57,252 bases of DNA from Patescibacteria group bacterium (GTDB lineage Bacteria > Patescibacteriota > Gracilibacteria > UBA1369 > JAHKBB01): assembly GCA_043820285.1 (NCBI GenBank), contig JBDRDX010000011.1, forward strand, positions 1 through 57,252. Direction: 5' to 3'. A program made the position numbers and the translations under genes. This document shows, piece by piece, positions 42,622-51,737 of this stretch. Under the pieces are notes generated by a model. That model saw only the letters and a program-made list of their open reading frames with translations. It did no database searches and was not told where the DNA came from. Each line of letters starts with the position of its first letter. Position 1 is the stretch's first letter.

Positions 42622-43398
42622 TTAAACCGCAAGCCTTACAAACTCTTTTACAGTCGCGCCACCCTCTTGTAAAAGCTGCTCAATAGTTTTTTCAGGATCC
42701 TTTACAAATTGCTGTTTAACAAGAGCATTTTCTTCGCGGAATTTCTTTTCCTTGCCCATCATAATCTTTTCAATAATTTCCGCGGGCTTTCCCTCCCGAG
42801 CAAGCTGTTCCGTCCAGATTTCTTTCTCTTTTGCCACCGTTCCATCAGAAACTTCTTCCGGAGAAATACATGAAGGATTCGTAGCTGCGGAATGCATAGC
42901 AACATCCTTTGCAAGCTCCTCATTGCCGCCTTCAAGCGAAACAACAACTCCAATTCTGCTGTTTGAATGCACATAATACCCGAGAGTAGATCCTTCCACA
43001 ATTTTCTTGCCTCCAACAACAATTTTCTCCCCAAGTTTGATAAAAGCGTCTTTCATTGCTTCGGGAACTTCCTCAGAATCTGCAGAATATTCACCACTCA
43101 ACAGTTTTTCAGTTAATTCGCCGGCAAGATTCTGAAAATCTTCACCCCTGGACACAAAATCTGTTTCACAAAGCAGAGAAAGTATAGCGGCTTTACCTCC
43201 ACCGATTTTGACAACCACAACACCATTGCCGGTATAACGATCAGCACGATCAGCCGCCTTCGCCTCACCTTTTTTACGAAGCAGATCGATGGCGGCATCT
43301 ATATCACCATCCGTTTCATCTAAAGCTTTCTTACAAGTCATTGTTGATACTCCGGTACGTTCACGGAGTTCTTTAATCTGGTCTAAAGTTACAGACAT
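42622..43398 (-). CDS. tsf: Elongation factor Ts
   Basis: UBA-like N-terminus IKELRERTGVSTMTCKKALDETDGDIDAAIDLLRKKG. LLCETDFVSRGEDF. Confidence 0.9.
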   Translation of the reverse strand: MSVTLDQIKELRERTGVSTMTCKKALDETDGDIDAAIDLLRKKGEAKAADRADRYTGNGVVVVKIGGGKAAILSLLCETDFVSRGEDFQNLAGELTEKLLSGEYSADSEEVPEAMKDAFIKLGEKIVVGGKKIVEGSTLGYYVHSNSRIGVVVSLEGGNEELAKDVAMHSAATNPSCISPEEVSDGTVAKEKEIWTEQLAREGKPAEIIEKIMMGKEKKFREENALVKQQFVKDPEKTIEQLLQEGGATVKEFVRLAV

Positions 43399-43416
43399 GA
43401 CAAAAGATAATTAGAC

Positions 43417-44040
43417 TTATACAGCTACAGCCGGAGGGGGCTCGGCGCCCTCTTCGCCCTCTTCCTTTGGCTTTTCTTCAGCAGGAGCTTCAGCAGGAGC
43501 CTCCACAGCCGGCTTCTCTTCCTCCGCAGGAGCTTCCGCAGGTGCTTCCTCAACCGGAGCCTCCACTGGCTTCGGACCTTCCTCAGGAATTCCGGCTTGT
43601 TTCTTTACGGTTCCAAAGAACTTCTGCACAGGAATGTGAACAGCAACTGCCGCAAGTCCAGGAATTTTGAACATATCGCCGGTAAAAGCCTTGAAAAGTC
43701 CAAATAAACTGGCAAATAACAGAACCAACCAGATAACGCCGCCAATCACAGGTGGTACAAAAGCGGCAACAAGTAATGAAGCAAACCATAAAACAAACAA
43801 AACTATCCCTTGGCTGGCATGAAAAGCACAATATTCACTTTTTGGCTTCTTTATTACAGCCAATGGAGAAGTGAGTAATGTCAAGAACGGAACATAGCAA
43901 AGCCCTCCAAGAATTCTCTCATCAAGCGGGATTTGAGGCTTTGGTTTTGCCGGAGTTTCAGGAGCTTGCTTCTGCTCTGTCTGCTCTGTTGGAGCATTTT
44001 CCTCTTGAGCTTCAGGTTGGTTTTGTTGTGTATTTTCCAT
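43417..44040 (-). CDS. DUF4870-like small membrane protein with low-complexity P/E/A-rich termini
   Basis: Core RILGGLCYVPFLTLL...KPKSEYCAFHASQGIVLFVLWF. C-terminal EAPVEEAPAEAPAEEEKPAVEAPAEAPAEE repeats. Confidence 0.5.
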   Translation of the reverse strand: MENTQQNQPEAQEENAPTEQTEQKQAPETPAKPKPQIPLDERILGGLCYVPFLTLLTSPLAVIKKPKSEYCAFHASQGIVLFVLWFASLLVAAFVPPVIGGVIWLVLLFASLFGLFKAFTGDMFKIPGLAAVAVHIPVQKFFGTVKKQAGIPEEGPKPVEAPVEEAPAEAPAEEEKPAVEAPAEAPAEEKPKEEGEEGAEPPPAVAV

Positions 44041-44084
44041 GATTTTAAATTAAAAATAATTTCCAAGAAGGACTATAACATACT

Positions 44085-44780
44085 TTATAATTTCTTTTTA
44101 GTTTTTTTTGCCTCCAAAATCGCATCTGCGACTTCATTTATGAAGAATTCCAATGATTTTATCGCATCGTCATTGCCGGGCAACACATAAGAAATAGGCG
44201 TTGGATCAGCATTTGTATCCGTTATAGCAATAACAGGAATCTTTAGCTTTAGAGCTTCCCTGACGGCAATATCATCTCTAATCGAATCAACCACAAAAAG
44301 AACGTCCGGCATACTTGTCATATCCTGCACACCACCGAGTGCCGCCTCTAGCTTTTCGATTTGTTTTGACATCTCGACACCTTCCTTTTTTGTATATTTC
44401 TCAAAATCTCCAGACTTCTTCTCGTCCTTCAGCTTCTTCAAGTACTTAATCCTTTTCTTAACAGTGTCAAAATTTGTGAGAAGACCACCGATCCATTTGT
44501 GAACAACGTATGGCATACCGGTGTCCAAAGCCGCCTTTGCAAGCATCTTTAGCGCTTGCGGCTTTGTGCCAACAAACAAAACAACCTTGCCCTCTGAAAC
44601 CTGTTTCTTAATAAATTCGAGAGCTTTCCGGAGAGCTTCATAAGTTTTCTCCAGATCGAAGATATGAATCCCTTTTCTCTGCCCATAGATATAAGGCTTC
44701 ATTTTTGGATTCCACTTCTGTGTGCGATGCCCAAAATGCACACCGGCATCAAGCATCTTCTTGATCAGATCTTTATCCAT
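44085..44780 (-). CDS. rpsB: 30S ribosomal protein S2
   Basis: LLDAGVHFGHRTQKWNPKMKPYIYG and the rest of the conserved uS2 core. Confidence 0.95.
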   Translation of the reverse strand: MDKDLIKKMLDAGVHFGHRTQKWNPKMKPYIYGQRKGIHIFDLEKTYEALRKALEFIKKQVSEGKVVLFVGTKPQALKMLAKAALDTGMPYVVHKWIGGLLTNFDTVKKRIKYLKKLKDEKKSGDFEKYTKKEGVEMSKQIEKLEAALGGVQDMTSMPDVLFVVDSIRDDIAVREALKLKIPVIAITDTNADPTPISYVLPGNDDAIKSLEFFINEVADAILEAKKTKKKL

Positions 44781-44909
44781 AGTCCTTTTAGGTTAACGCC
44801 CGAATTCCTTCATCTTGTACGTGGGCCCCTTGAAGACGGGAAGGACAGTACAATCCGGAAACAGACTAAAATAATAAACTGAAAGAAATCTAGTATAAGA
44901 AAGCCATTA

Positions 44910-44938
44910 TTGCAAGCTAAAATGATTTATATTACAAT
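44910..44938 (+). promoter_or_regulatory. Promoter candidate (TTGCAA-17-TACAAT)
   Basis: ttgcaagctaaaatgatttatattacaat, ending 8 nt before ATG 44947. Confidence 0.35.
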
Positions 44939-44946
44939 CATACAAA

Positions 44947-45201
44947 ATGAAAGAATTAAAAGATCTCCGAAAAGAGATAGACAAACTCGACAGAGAATTA
45001 CTCAAAATCCTCAAAAAAAGGTTAGGTTTAAGCAGGAAAATTTGGGAGAAAAAGAAAGATTTAAACCTAAAAAGAATAGACCCCCAAAGAGAACTCGAAA
45101 TTGTCAAAAAAGTAGTGGAAAAAGGAGTAAAACACGGATTAAAACAAAAATTCGTGAAAGATCTCTTCCTGGTAATACTGAATCACTCAAAAAAGCACTA
45201 A
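44947..45201 (+). CDS. Chorismate mutase, small AroQ (type II) class
   Basis: 84-aa helical protein. LRKEIDKLDRELLKILKKRLGLSRKI and IDPQRELEIV fit the AroQ pattern. Confidence 0.65.
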   Translation: MKELKDLRKEIDKLDRELLKILKKRLGLSRKIWEKKKDLNLKRIDPQRELEIVKKVVEKGVKHGLKQKFVKDLFLVILNHSKKH

Positions 45202-45268
45202 TTCCGCCTTTGGGGCTTTTGACAGGTCGGCTTATTTTTGATATAATAATACAAGCAAAAAAATATTT

Positions 45269-45802
45269 ATGGACGAACAAAAATCAATAGAAACAACAAA
45301 AATCTCGATAACGTTGCCTACTGCGGCGTATTTCATGTCAGGCATTAGAGATTTTACGATGGGACTGATCAAAAACACCACTTCATTCGGAGAACAGTGG
45401 GCTTTCAGATTCCAATCTATCGTAGATGAGTTATGTAACAACGCTATTGAATTCGGTTCGAATGAAGGAGATGATATAACAATCCTATTCACGTATGAAC
45501 CGGAGAAATACATAGAAATTTCAGTGGAAGATTCAGGAAAAAACGGTACAAAAGCGGAAGATTTGAGAAAACTCGTAGAAGAAAGAAGCAAGCCGGGATA
45601 TCAACCGGAGGGAATTAGAGGTAGGGGACTTGCCATGATCGTTAAAGCTTGGTCAGATGAGCTAAATTTTGAAGATACGGAAAAAGGAGGTATAAAAGTG
45701 ATAGTAAGGAAAAACCTTGGACAGGAAGTGGCTAAAGAAGAATCAAACGAAGATCTGGAAATAAAGCCACAGACGGAGATAAATACAATGAATATAAATT
45801 AA
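45269..45802 (+). CDS. RsbW/SpoIIAB-like anti-sigma serine kinase (GHKL ATPase fold)
   Basis: N-box ELCNNAIEFGS, G1 EDSGKNG, G2 RGRGLAMI. Confidence 0.7.
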   Translation: MDEQKSIETTKISITLPTAAYFMSGIRDFTMGLIKNTTSFGEQWAFRFQSIVDELCNNAIEFGSNEGDDITILFTYEPEKYIEISVEDSGKNGTKAEDLRKLVEERSKPGYQPEGIRGRGLAMIVKAWSDELNFEDTEKGGIKVIVRKNLGQEVAKEESNEDLEIKPQTEINTMNIN

Positions 45803-45814
45803 CAATAAACAACA

Positions 45815-46195
45815 ATGACTGAAGCAAATATTACAGTTGAGGATGTCGCATCAGAAGATCCAAGTAAGGTCATAAAGCTCGTGAGAATCAAGGGACAACT
45901 CGATGAAAGCAACGTAGATGAAAAATCAAAAGAAATCTACGCTTTGATCGAGCAGAACCCAAAAGGGCTAAATCTTATTTTCGATCTTGAAAACCTCGAG
46001 TACATGAACAGTAAGTCTATCGGATATCTTACCGATTGGTACGGAAAGGTGAATGAGGGTGGGGGAGCCATTGCACTTGCAAAACCAAAGCCAAACATCC
46101 TAGACATCCTAAACGTAGTAGGAATCACTCAGCTTGTTCAAAGCTACGCTACTTTGGACGAAGCTAAATTTGCTTTGACGAAACAAAATGGGTAG
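45815..46195 (+). CDS. STAS-domain anti-sigma-factor antagonist (RsbV/SpoIIAA-like)
   Basis: 126 aa. DLENLEYMNSKSIGYL aligns with DLSxVxFxDSSGLGxL, and the phosphorylatable Ser position is kept. Confidence 0.8.
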   Translation: MTEANITVEDVASEDPSKVIKLVRIKGQLDESNVDEKSKEIYALIEQNPKGLNLIFDLENLEYMNSKSIGYLTDWYGKVNEGGGAIALAKPKPNILDILNVVGITQLVQSYATLDEAKFALTKQNG

Positions 46196-47491
46196 ATGGA
46201 CAACCAAACACTTCAAATTGTTATCAGCATTGTAATTGCTTTAATACCGGCCACCATATGGCTTGGTTTTCTGTTTAAAAAGGGGGAACAAGGCAGAAAG
46301 TTACTGGCATTAATATTCCTGGGAGGAGCTTTTGCCGTAGTGCCGCTTTGGATACTGGACAACCTGTGGAATCCGGAAACACCTAAATCAATACTGGGAC
46401 TCGTTCAAAGATTTATAGAAAATCCTCAGATCCTGGAAACAATATCCGCTGTTTTAGACAAAATATGGTTCTTTTCTGTACAATTCGACATCTTTAGCTT
46501 CCTCGGAAATTCAATCCAAGATCAGCACGCATATTTCATTGGAATATTCATAGTAGTTGGTGTTTTGGAAGAAATAGTGAAGCAAATGATGCTCAGAAAG
46601 GTGGATAAGAAAACCCTGCTAATAAAAACAATTAACGATTCAATCAAATTCAGCTTCGTTGCGGGACTGGGATTCTCATTCGCGGAAAATATCAAATACT
46701 TCTACCAAATATGGTCGGCAGGCGGTCTGCAAGACTTGATTGTTCCATACATATTCCGATCGATATTCACAGCGGCGGCGCATATGGTGTTCTCCGGAAT
46801 ATTCGGTTACTACTATGGAATCGGAAAATTCTCGATCGACTACACGGAACAGCAAAAAGCAATGCAAAAAAGAAGTATTTCAACCGGAATACTAAAGAGA
46901 ATTTTCCGCGTCCCAGGGGCGGAAATATTCAAGGAACAAATGATCTTAAAAGGACTCATTATCGCAATCGTGATGCACGCCGCATTCAATTTTCTGCTTC
47001 AGCTCAACATCATTCTTCCGGTCATTATCTTCATCGTATTATCCTTTGCGTTCCTGTTCTGGCTATTGAAACGAAAAGCGGGGCAAGTAGATTTAGTTGC
47101 GGGACTGGCCTCGGGAGCAAAATCCACAATGGATAAGAAGGATGAAGACGTCGTAGTAGAACTGCTCGGAATGTGGTTCAATGAAAACAAATTCGTGGAC
47201 GTAATCCACGCATGCGAAAGACTTATAAAAAAAGATCCGACAAATAATGTGGTCAAACTTTTTAAAGCCAAAGCCCTCGACAAGCTTGATCGAAACAGCT
47301 CATACAGAAAAGTGTTAAACACGGTTTTTTCCAATGAAAGACTAAATAAGATGAAAGATCAGAGCGTCATTTCCACAAAAACTCCTCAAAAAAAACAAAA
47401 AGATTTTAAGGACACAGAAGAGTTTAAGAAATTCCAGGAAGAAGAGAAAGTAAAAAGAATGAAAGAAGGAACCTTCCGTCTTGATATTTAG
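46196..47491 (+). CDS. PrsW-family intramembrane metalloprotease with a C-terminal TPR-like/K-E-rich extension
   Basis: Motifs VLEEIVKQ, FAENIKY, AAAHMVFSGIFGYYYG, VMHAAFNF. Starts directly after the STAS stop codon. Confidence 0.8.
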   Translation: MDNQTLQIVISIVIALIPATIWLGFLFKKGEQGRKLLALIFLGGAFAVVPLWILDNLWNPETPKSILGLVQRFIENPQILETISAVLDKIWFFSVQFDIFSFLGNSIQDQHAYFIGIFIVVGVLEEIVKQMMLRKVDKKTLLIKTINDSIKFSFVAGLGFSFAENIKYFYQIWSAGGLQDLIVPYIFRSIFTAAAHMVFSGIFGYYYGIGKFSIDYTEQQKAMQKRSISTGILKRIFRVPGAEIFKEQMILKGLIIAIVMHAAFNFLLQLNIILPVIIFIVLSFAFLFWLLKRKAGQVDLVAGLASGAKSTMDKKDEDVVVELLGMWFNENKFVDVIHACERLIKKDPTNNVVKLFKAKALDKLDRNSSYRKVLNTVFSNERLNKMKDQSVISTKTPQKKQKDFKDTEEFKKFQEEEKVKRMKEGTFRLDI

Positions 47492-47517
47492 GTTCGATAT
47501 TCGTATGATGAACCTAC

Positions 47518-48618
47518 ATGAAAATTGCCATTGTCGCAGATTGGCTTACCGATTTTGGTGGTGCAGAAAGAGTTATCTTGAGACTGCATAATCTCTTTCC
47601 GGACGCGGGTATTTTTACGTCCGTTCTTAACGAAAAGAATATGGAGAATTTTTCTGATGCGGTTATTCACACTTCATTCATCCAAAAACTTCCAAAGGCA
47701 AAGAAAAAGCATCAACTTTACATAACACTCATGCCATATGCTTTCGAACACTTCGATTTGAGTGAATATGACATTGTGATTTCCAGTTCGCACGCCTGCG
47801 CAAAAGGGGTTATTACAAAACCTGCGACAATGCACGTGTGCTACTGTCATTCGCCGATGAGATACGTTTGGGATAATTGCCACGAATACATCAAACAATA
47901 CAGCCTCCCGGGAATAATAAAAAAACTCGCGGAATGGCCGCTTCACAAGCTCCGACTGTGGGATAAGCTGACCGCAGACAGAGTAGATTACTTTATCGCC
48001 AACTCAAAAAACACACAAAGAAGAATTAAGAAATACTACAAAAGAGATTCGGAAGTCATATACCCAATGGTCAACACAGACAGATTTGAAGTCTCAAAGA
48101 AAAAAGACAACTACTTCATAGCAATCGGCCGTCTAATTCCATACAAAAGGTTCGACTTAATCGTAAAAGCATTCAACGAGCTTGAAATTCCAATAAAAAT
48201 AATAGGGGCCGGTTCAGAACTTCCCAAATTAAAGAAAATGGCAAAAAAGAACATCGAATTTCTTGGCAGAACAACAGATGAAAGAACTGCAGAACTGCTT
48301 AAAAGAGCAAGAGCTCTAATATTCCCCCAGCTGGAGGATTTTGGAATCGTTCCATTGGAAGCGATGGCATGCGGAAAACCGGTAATAGCATTCAAAGGCG
48401 GGGGAGCGCTCGAAACGGTAGTAGACGGAAAAACAGGAATTTTTTTCAAAGAGCAAACAGTCGAATCATTAAAAGAAGCTATAGGAAAATTCATCAAAAC
48501 AGAAAAAGAATTCGACCCAACAGCGATACGCAAACACGCAGAAAAATTTAGTCCTTCCGTTTTTGATCAAAAGATTGTAAATTTCATAAGGTCTAGATGG
48601 AAAGAATTTAACAAATAA
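47518..48618 (+). CDS. Glycosyltransferase family 4 (GT-B)
   Basis: EDFGIVPLEAMACGKPVIAFKGGGALETV (E-x7-E region). Confidence 0.85.
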   Translation: MKIAIVADWLTDFGGAERVILRLHNLFPDAGIFTSVLNEKNMENFSDAVIHTSFIQKLPKAKKKHQLYITLMPYAFEHFDLSEYDIVISSSHACAKGVITKPATMHVCYCHSPMRYVWDNCHEYIKQYSLPGIIKKLAEWPLHKLRLWDKLTADRVDYFIANSKNTQRRIKKYYKRDSEVIYPMVNTDRFEVSKKKDNYFIAIGRLIPYKRFDLIVKAFNELEIPIKIIGAGSELPKLKKMAKKNIEFLGRTTDERTAELLKRARALIFPQLEDFGIVPLEAMACGKPVIAFKGGGALETVVDGKTGIFFKEQTVESLKEAIGKFIKTEKEFDPTAIRKHAEKFSPSVFDQKIVNFIRSRWKEFNK

Positions 48619-48622
48619 AACT

Positions 48623-49441
48623 ATGGATCTAAGAAACTATCTCTCACTATTGCTCCGAAGATGGAAAGAAATAATCGCTTTTGGAGTGATAATCGCACTT
48701 CTTTCAGGAGTCTACACAACCTACTACGCTACAACAAAGTACAATTCCACCCTCTTTTTCACGGTTGCATCCAGCAAATACGGGATTTCTCTCTATGACG
48801 ATATCCGTGGAGCGGATCTATTTTCCGAATCAGTGCAAGGCTGGACAAAAAACCCGGCAATGATTGATGAAATCAAAGAAAGAACAGGAGAAGATTTTGG
48901 CATCACAGGACGCGTACAAGAAACAGAAAACGTAGTTGTAGAACTAAGCGCAAGTTCAGAAGAAGCTATTACAAAAGTATCAGAAGAGACATTAAAAGTA
49001 CTGGAAGAGAAGCTGAAAGAATTCAACCTCAAAACCCGCCATTCATTCCAATTGGCGGTTCCAACAATTCAATACGAAACAAAAGTGCCCGGACTCGGCA
49101 AAAACGAACTCATTGCATTAGTACTGGGGTTTTTGATAGGAATTGCCTTCGCATTCGTTTATGAATACTTGGCAAACAAAGCGTCGACCAAAGAGCAGGT
49201 GGAAGAAGCGCTAGGTACAGAAATAGCCGGAGAGGGAGAAGAAATGCATAAAATGTTAGCCAAAAAACTCAAAAGCTCTGTCACATTAGACCTAAACCAA
49301 AAACTTCAAAGCAAAGACCACGAGAAACTTGGCAAAAAAGACCTGATACTACTCATCACACTCGGCAAAACAAACTTAAAAGACCTGAAACACGTGAAAG
49401 TGAATTCAACGTCTAAGCTGTACCCAATCATCATAAAATGA
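48623..49441 (+). CDS. Wzz/chain-length-determinant-like bitopic membrane protein
   Basis: Wzz-like N-terminus (LRNYLSLLLRRWKEIIAFGVIIALLSG). Second TM LIALVLGFLIGIAFAFVYEYL. Confidence 0.5.
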   Translation: MDLRNYLSLLLRRWKEIIAFGVIIALLSGVYTTYYATTKYNSTLFFTVASSKYGISLYDDIRGADLFSESVQGWTKNPAMIDEIKERTGEDFGITGRVQETENVVVELSASSEEAITKVSEETLKVLEEKLKEFNLKTRHSFQLAVPTIQYETKVPGLGKNELIALVLGFLIGIAFAFVYEYLANKASTKEQVEEALGTEIAGEGEEMHKMLAKKLKSSVTLDLNQKLQSKDHEKLGKKDLILLITLGKTNLKDLKHVKVNSTSKLYPIIIK

Positions 49442-50532
49442 CAATAGCATTCGATCTTCGAGCAATAATGAGAGGTAATGTTAGTGGTGTCGAAACATAC
49501 ACCAAGAGTTTGCTAGACGAACTTTTGAAGATAGACAAAGAAAATACCTACATTCTGTACACAAATTCTCACAGGGATATTTCCGCAAATATCCCTAAAT
49601 ACGAAAACGAAAACGTCATTTACGTAAATACACACATCCCAAGCAGGCTTTTCAACCTTTCCCTAAGACTTTTTAAATATCCAAAAATCGACAAAATAAT
49701 AAAAAAAGAATGCGGAAAAGATGTAGACATATTCTTTTGCCCGGATCCGAGGCCGACCCCATTAAGCAAAGCCAAAAAAATCACAGTAATACACGACCTT
49801 TGCTTCAAACATTTCCCGGAATATTTCTCGAGGAAAAGCAGAATATGGTTCAAATATGTGCTCGGCATTGAAAGAGAAATAAAAAGCAGTAACAAGTTAA
49901 TAGCGGTGTCCGCATATACAAAAGAGGACCTGGTAAGAGAATACAATGTGGATCCAAAGAAAATCGCAGTAACGCATGAAGGAGGAGGGGAGCATTTGAA
50001 AGTACAAACCAATGAAGAAGTAATTTTGCGCAAATACAAACTTCCGAAAAACTATTACCTCATGCTATCTACGATAGAGCCACGCAAAAACACGAATAAC
50101 GTCATAAAAGCATTCAAAAAAGCAAACCTCAAAGACATGACCCTCGTCGTGGCGGGAAGAAAAAATAAAAGGATCTTTAGCGACTACAAAACAATCACCG
50201 GAGAAAACATACAATACATAGGTTTCGTGGACGAGGATGACAAATCCGCACTGCTGAAAAACGCGAAAGGATTTATATATTTATCACTGTTTGAAGGATT
50301 TGGGCTTCCCGCGACAGAAGCTATGTACTTTCACACTCCAACACTCGTCTCAAACACGACTTCGCTACTGGAAATAGGAAAAGACCACGCAATGCTGGCA
50401 AACCCGGAGAACATCGATGAAATAGCAGAGAAACTCAAAACCCTCCAGTTTCACAAACAAGAAAGACCCCCGTATTCATGGGAAAAGTGCGCAAAAGAAA
50501 CCCTGGATATCATCAATCGCGTTTCGGCCTAG
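49438..50532 (+). CDS. Glycosyltransferase family 4/1 (GT-B)
   Basis: IEPRKN, SLFEGFGLPATEAMYFHTP. ATGA overlap with the upstream gene. Confidence 0.8.
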   Translation: MTIAFDLRAIMRGNVSGVETYTKSLLDELLKIDKENTYILYTNSHRDISANIPKYENENVIYVNTHIPSRLFNLSLRLFKYPKIDKIIKKECGKDVDIFFCPDPRPTPLSKAKKITVIHDLCFKHFPEYFSRKSRIWFKYVLGIEREIKSSNKLIAVSAYTKEDLVREYNVDPKKIAVTHEGGGEHLKVQTNEEVILRKYKLPKNYYLMLSTIEPRKNTNNVIKAFKKANLKDMTLVVAGRKNKRIFSDYKTITGENIQYIGFVDEDDKSALLKNAKGFIYLSLFEGFGLPATEAMYFHTPTLVSNTTSLLEIGKDHAMLANPENIDEIAEKLKTLQFHKQERPPYSWEKCAKETLDIINRVSA

Positions 50533-51733
50533 ACAGATAATCTCTGACAAAGATTGAAAGTACCGCGGCTACCGGCACGGCCAGTATCAGCCCCACAATA
50601 CCCAGATACTGCGCTCCGACAAGCATCGCAAATAGTATTACAAGCGGACTGATATCAACGGCGCTACGCATCACAAGCGGAACGACGACGTTGGATTCAA
50701 CCCAGTTTAATATGAGGAAGAATATACCCACCCACAGAAGCATCCAAAACGATTGATTTATCGCAATAGGAATCGCGACCATGAGCGCTATAAGCGGCCC
50801 AAAAACAGGTATGAGCTCCGTAAAGAAAGCGATCAGCGCAATCGTGGTAGCATACTCAAATCCAATCACAGTAAGACCCACAAACACGATAAGACCGACA
50901 ATAGTGGAAAGCATTAATTGCCCACGCACCCAGTATCCAATCTTCTCCTGAACCGCAGCAAGCTTCGTAGAAATATAAGGAGCGTGTTTTGAAGGAAACA
51001 AACTTGGTATGAACTCATTTATTGACCTCTTATTAACAGTCATAATAAAGGTGATAACAAGAACAAGCAGGGTATTAAACAGTCCATTGGAAATAACCTT
51101 TATCGCACCCCAAACATTTCCGCCAAGTGTTAGAAGTTGTTTGGCAAGAACCTGCAAAGCGGATTGCAGTTGAGCGGCTATTTCGTCAACATCAATTCCT
51201 TCATAGAATTCATTCAGATAAGGAGTAAGCTTCTGTGACAAGAACGAACTTCCATCAGCGGAAGTAAGCGCCCGTACAATATCTCCGGCCCTGGAAGCCA
51301 AGTCGGAAATCTGTGATGCGGCGAGCGGAATCAAGGTAGACACAATGATTCCCAACAAAACCAATATAATAAGATACACAATAATCACACCAAGACCTCT
51401 GGGAATCTTCTTTCTTTCAAAAAAATTAACAGCCGGCCCAAGCGCCGCGGAGAACAAAAAGGAAATAAAGAAAACCAAGAGAATACTCCTTATCTCTATA
51501 AGAAAATATCCAAGTGCGATAATTCCAAAAACAGCCAACGTTGCTTTTGCCGCACTGACAGGAGACAGATGCAAATCAACGCCATCCCGTTTTTCTACAG
51601 AAGCGGGATAGTAATGTTTTTTCTTTGCGCTCTTAGAACTTTTCTTGATTCTATCCACATGACCTTTCATGTACTGCAAAGTCTTATGTGTTTGTTGGAT
51701 AATTCCATGCAGGGGAGATTTTGATTTTGCCAT
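50513..51733 (-). CDS. AI-2E (PerM/UPF0118) family transporter
   Basis: About 8 TM segments. FFTELIPVFGPLIA signature region. Confidence 0.8.
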   Translation of the reverse strand: MAKSKSPLHGIIQQTHKTLQYMKGHVDRIKKSSKSAKKKHYYPASVEKRDGVDLHLSPVSAAKATLAVFGIIALGYFLIEIRSILLVFFISFLFSAALGPAVNFFERKKIPRGLGVIIVYLIILVLLGIIVSTLIPLAASQISDLASRAGDIVRALTSADGSSFLSQKLTPYLNEFYEGIDVDEIAAQLQSALQVLAKQLLTLGGNVWGAIKVISNGLFNTLLVLVITFIMTVNKRSINEFIPSLFPSKHAPYISTKLAAVQEKIGYWVRGQLMLSTIVGLIVFVGLTVIGFEYATTIALIAFFTELIPVFGPLIALMVAIPIAINQSFWMLLWVGIFFLILNWVESNVVVPLVMRSAVDISPLVILFAMLVGAQYLGIVGLILAVPVAAVLSIFVRDYLSRPKRD

Positions 51734-51737
51734 AATT

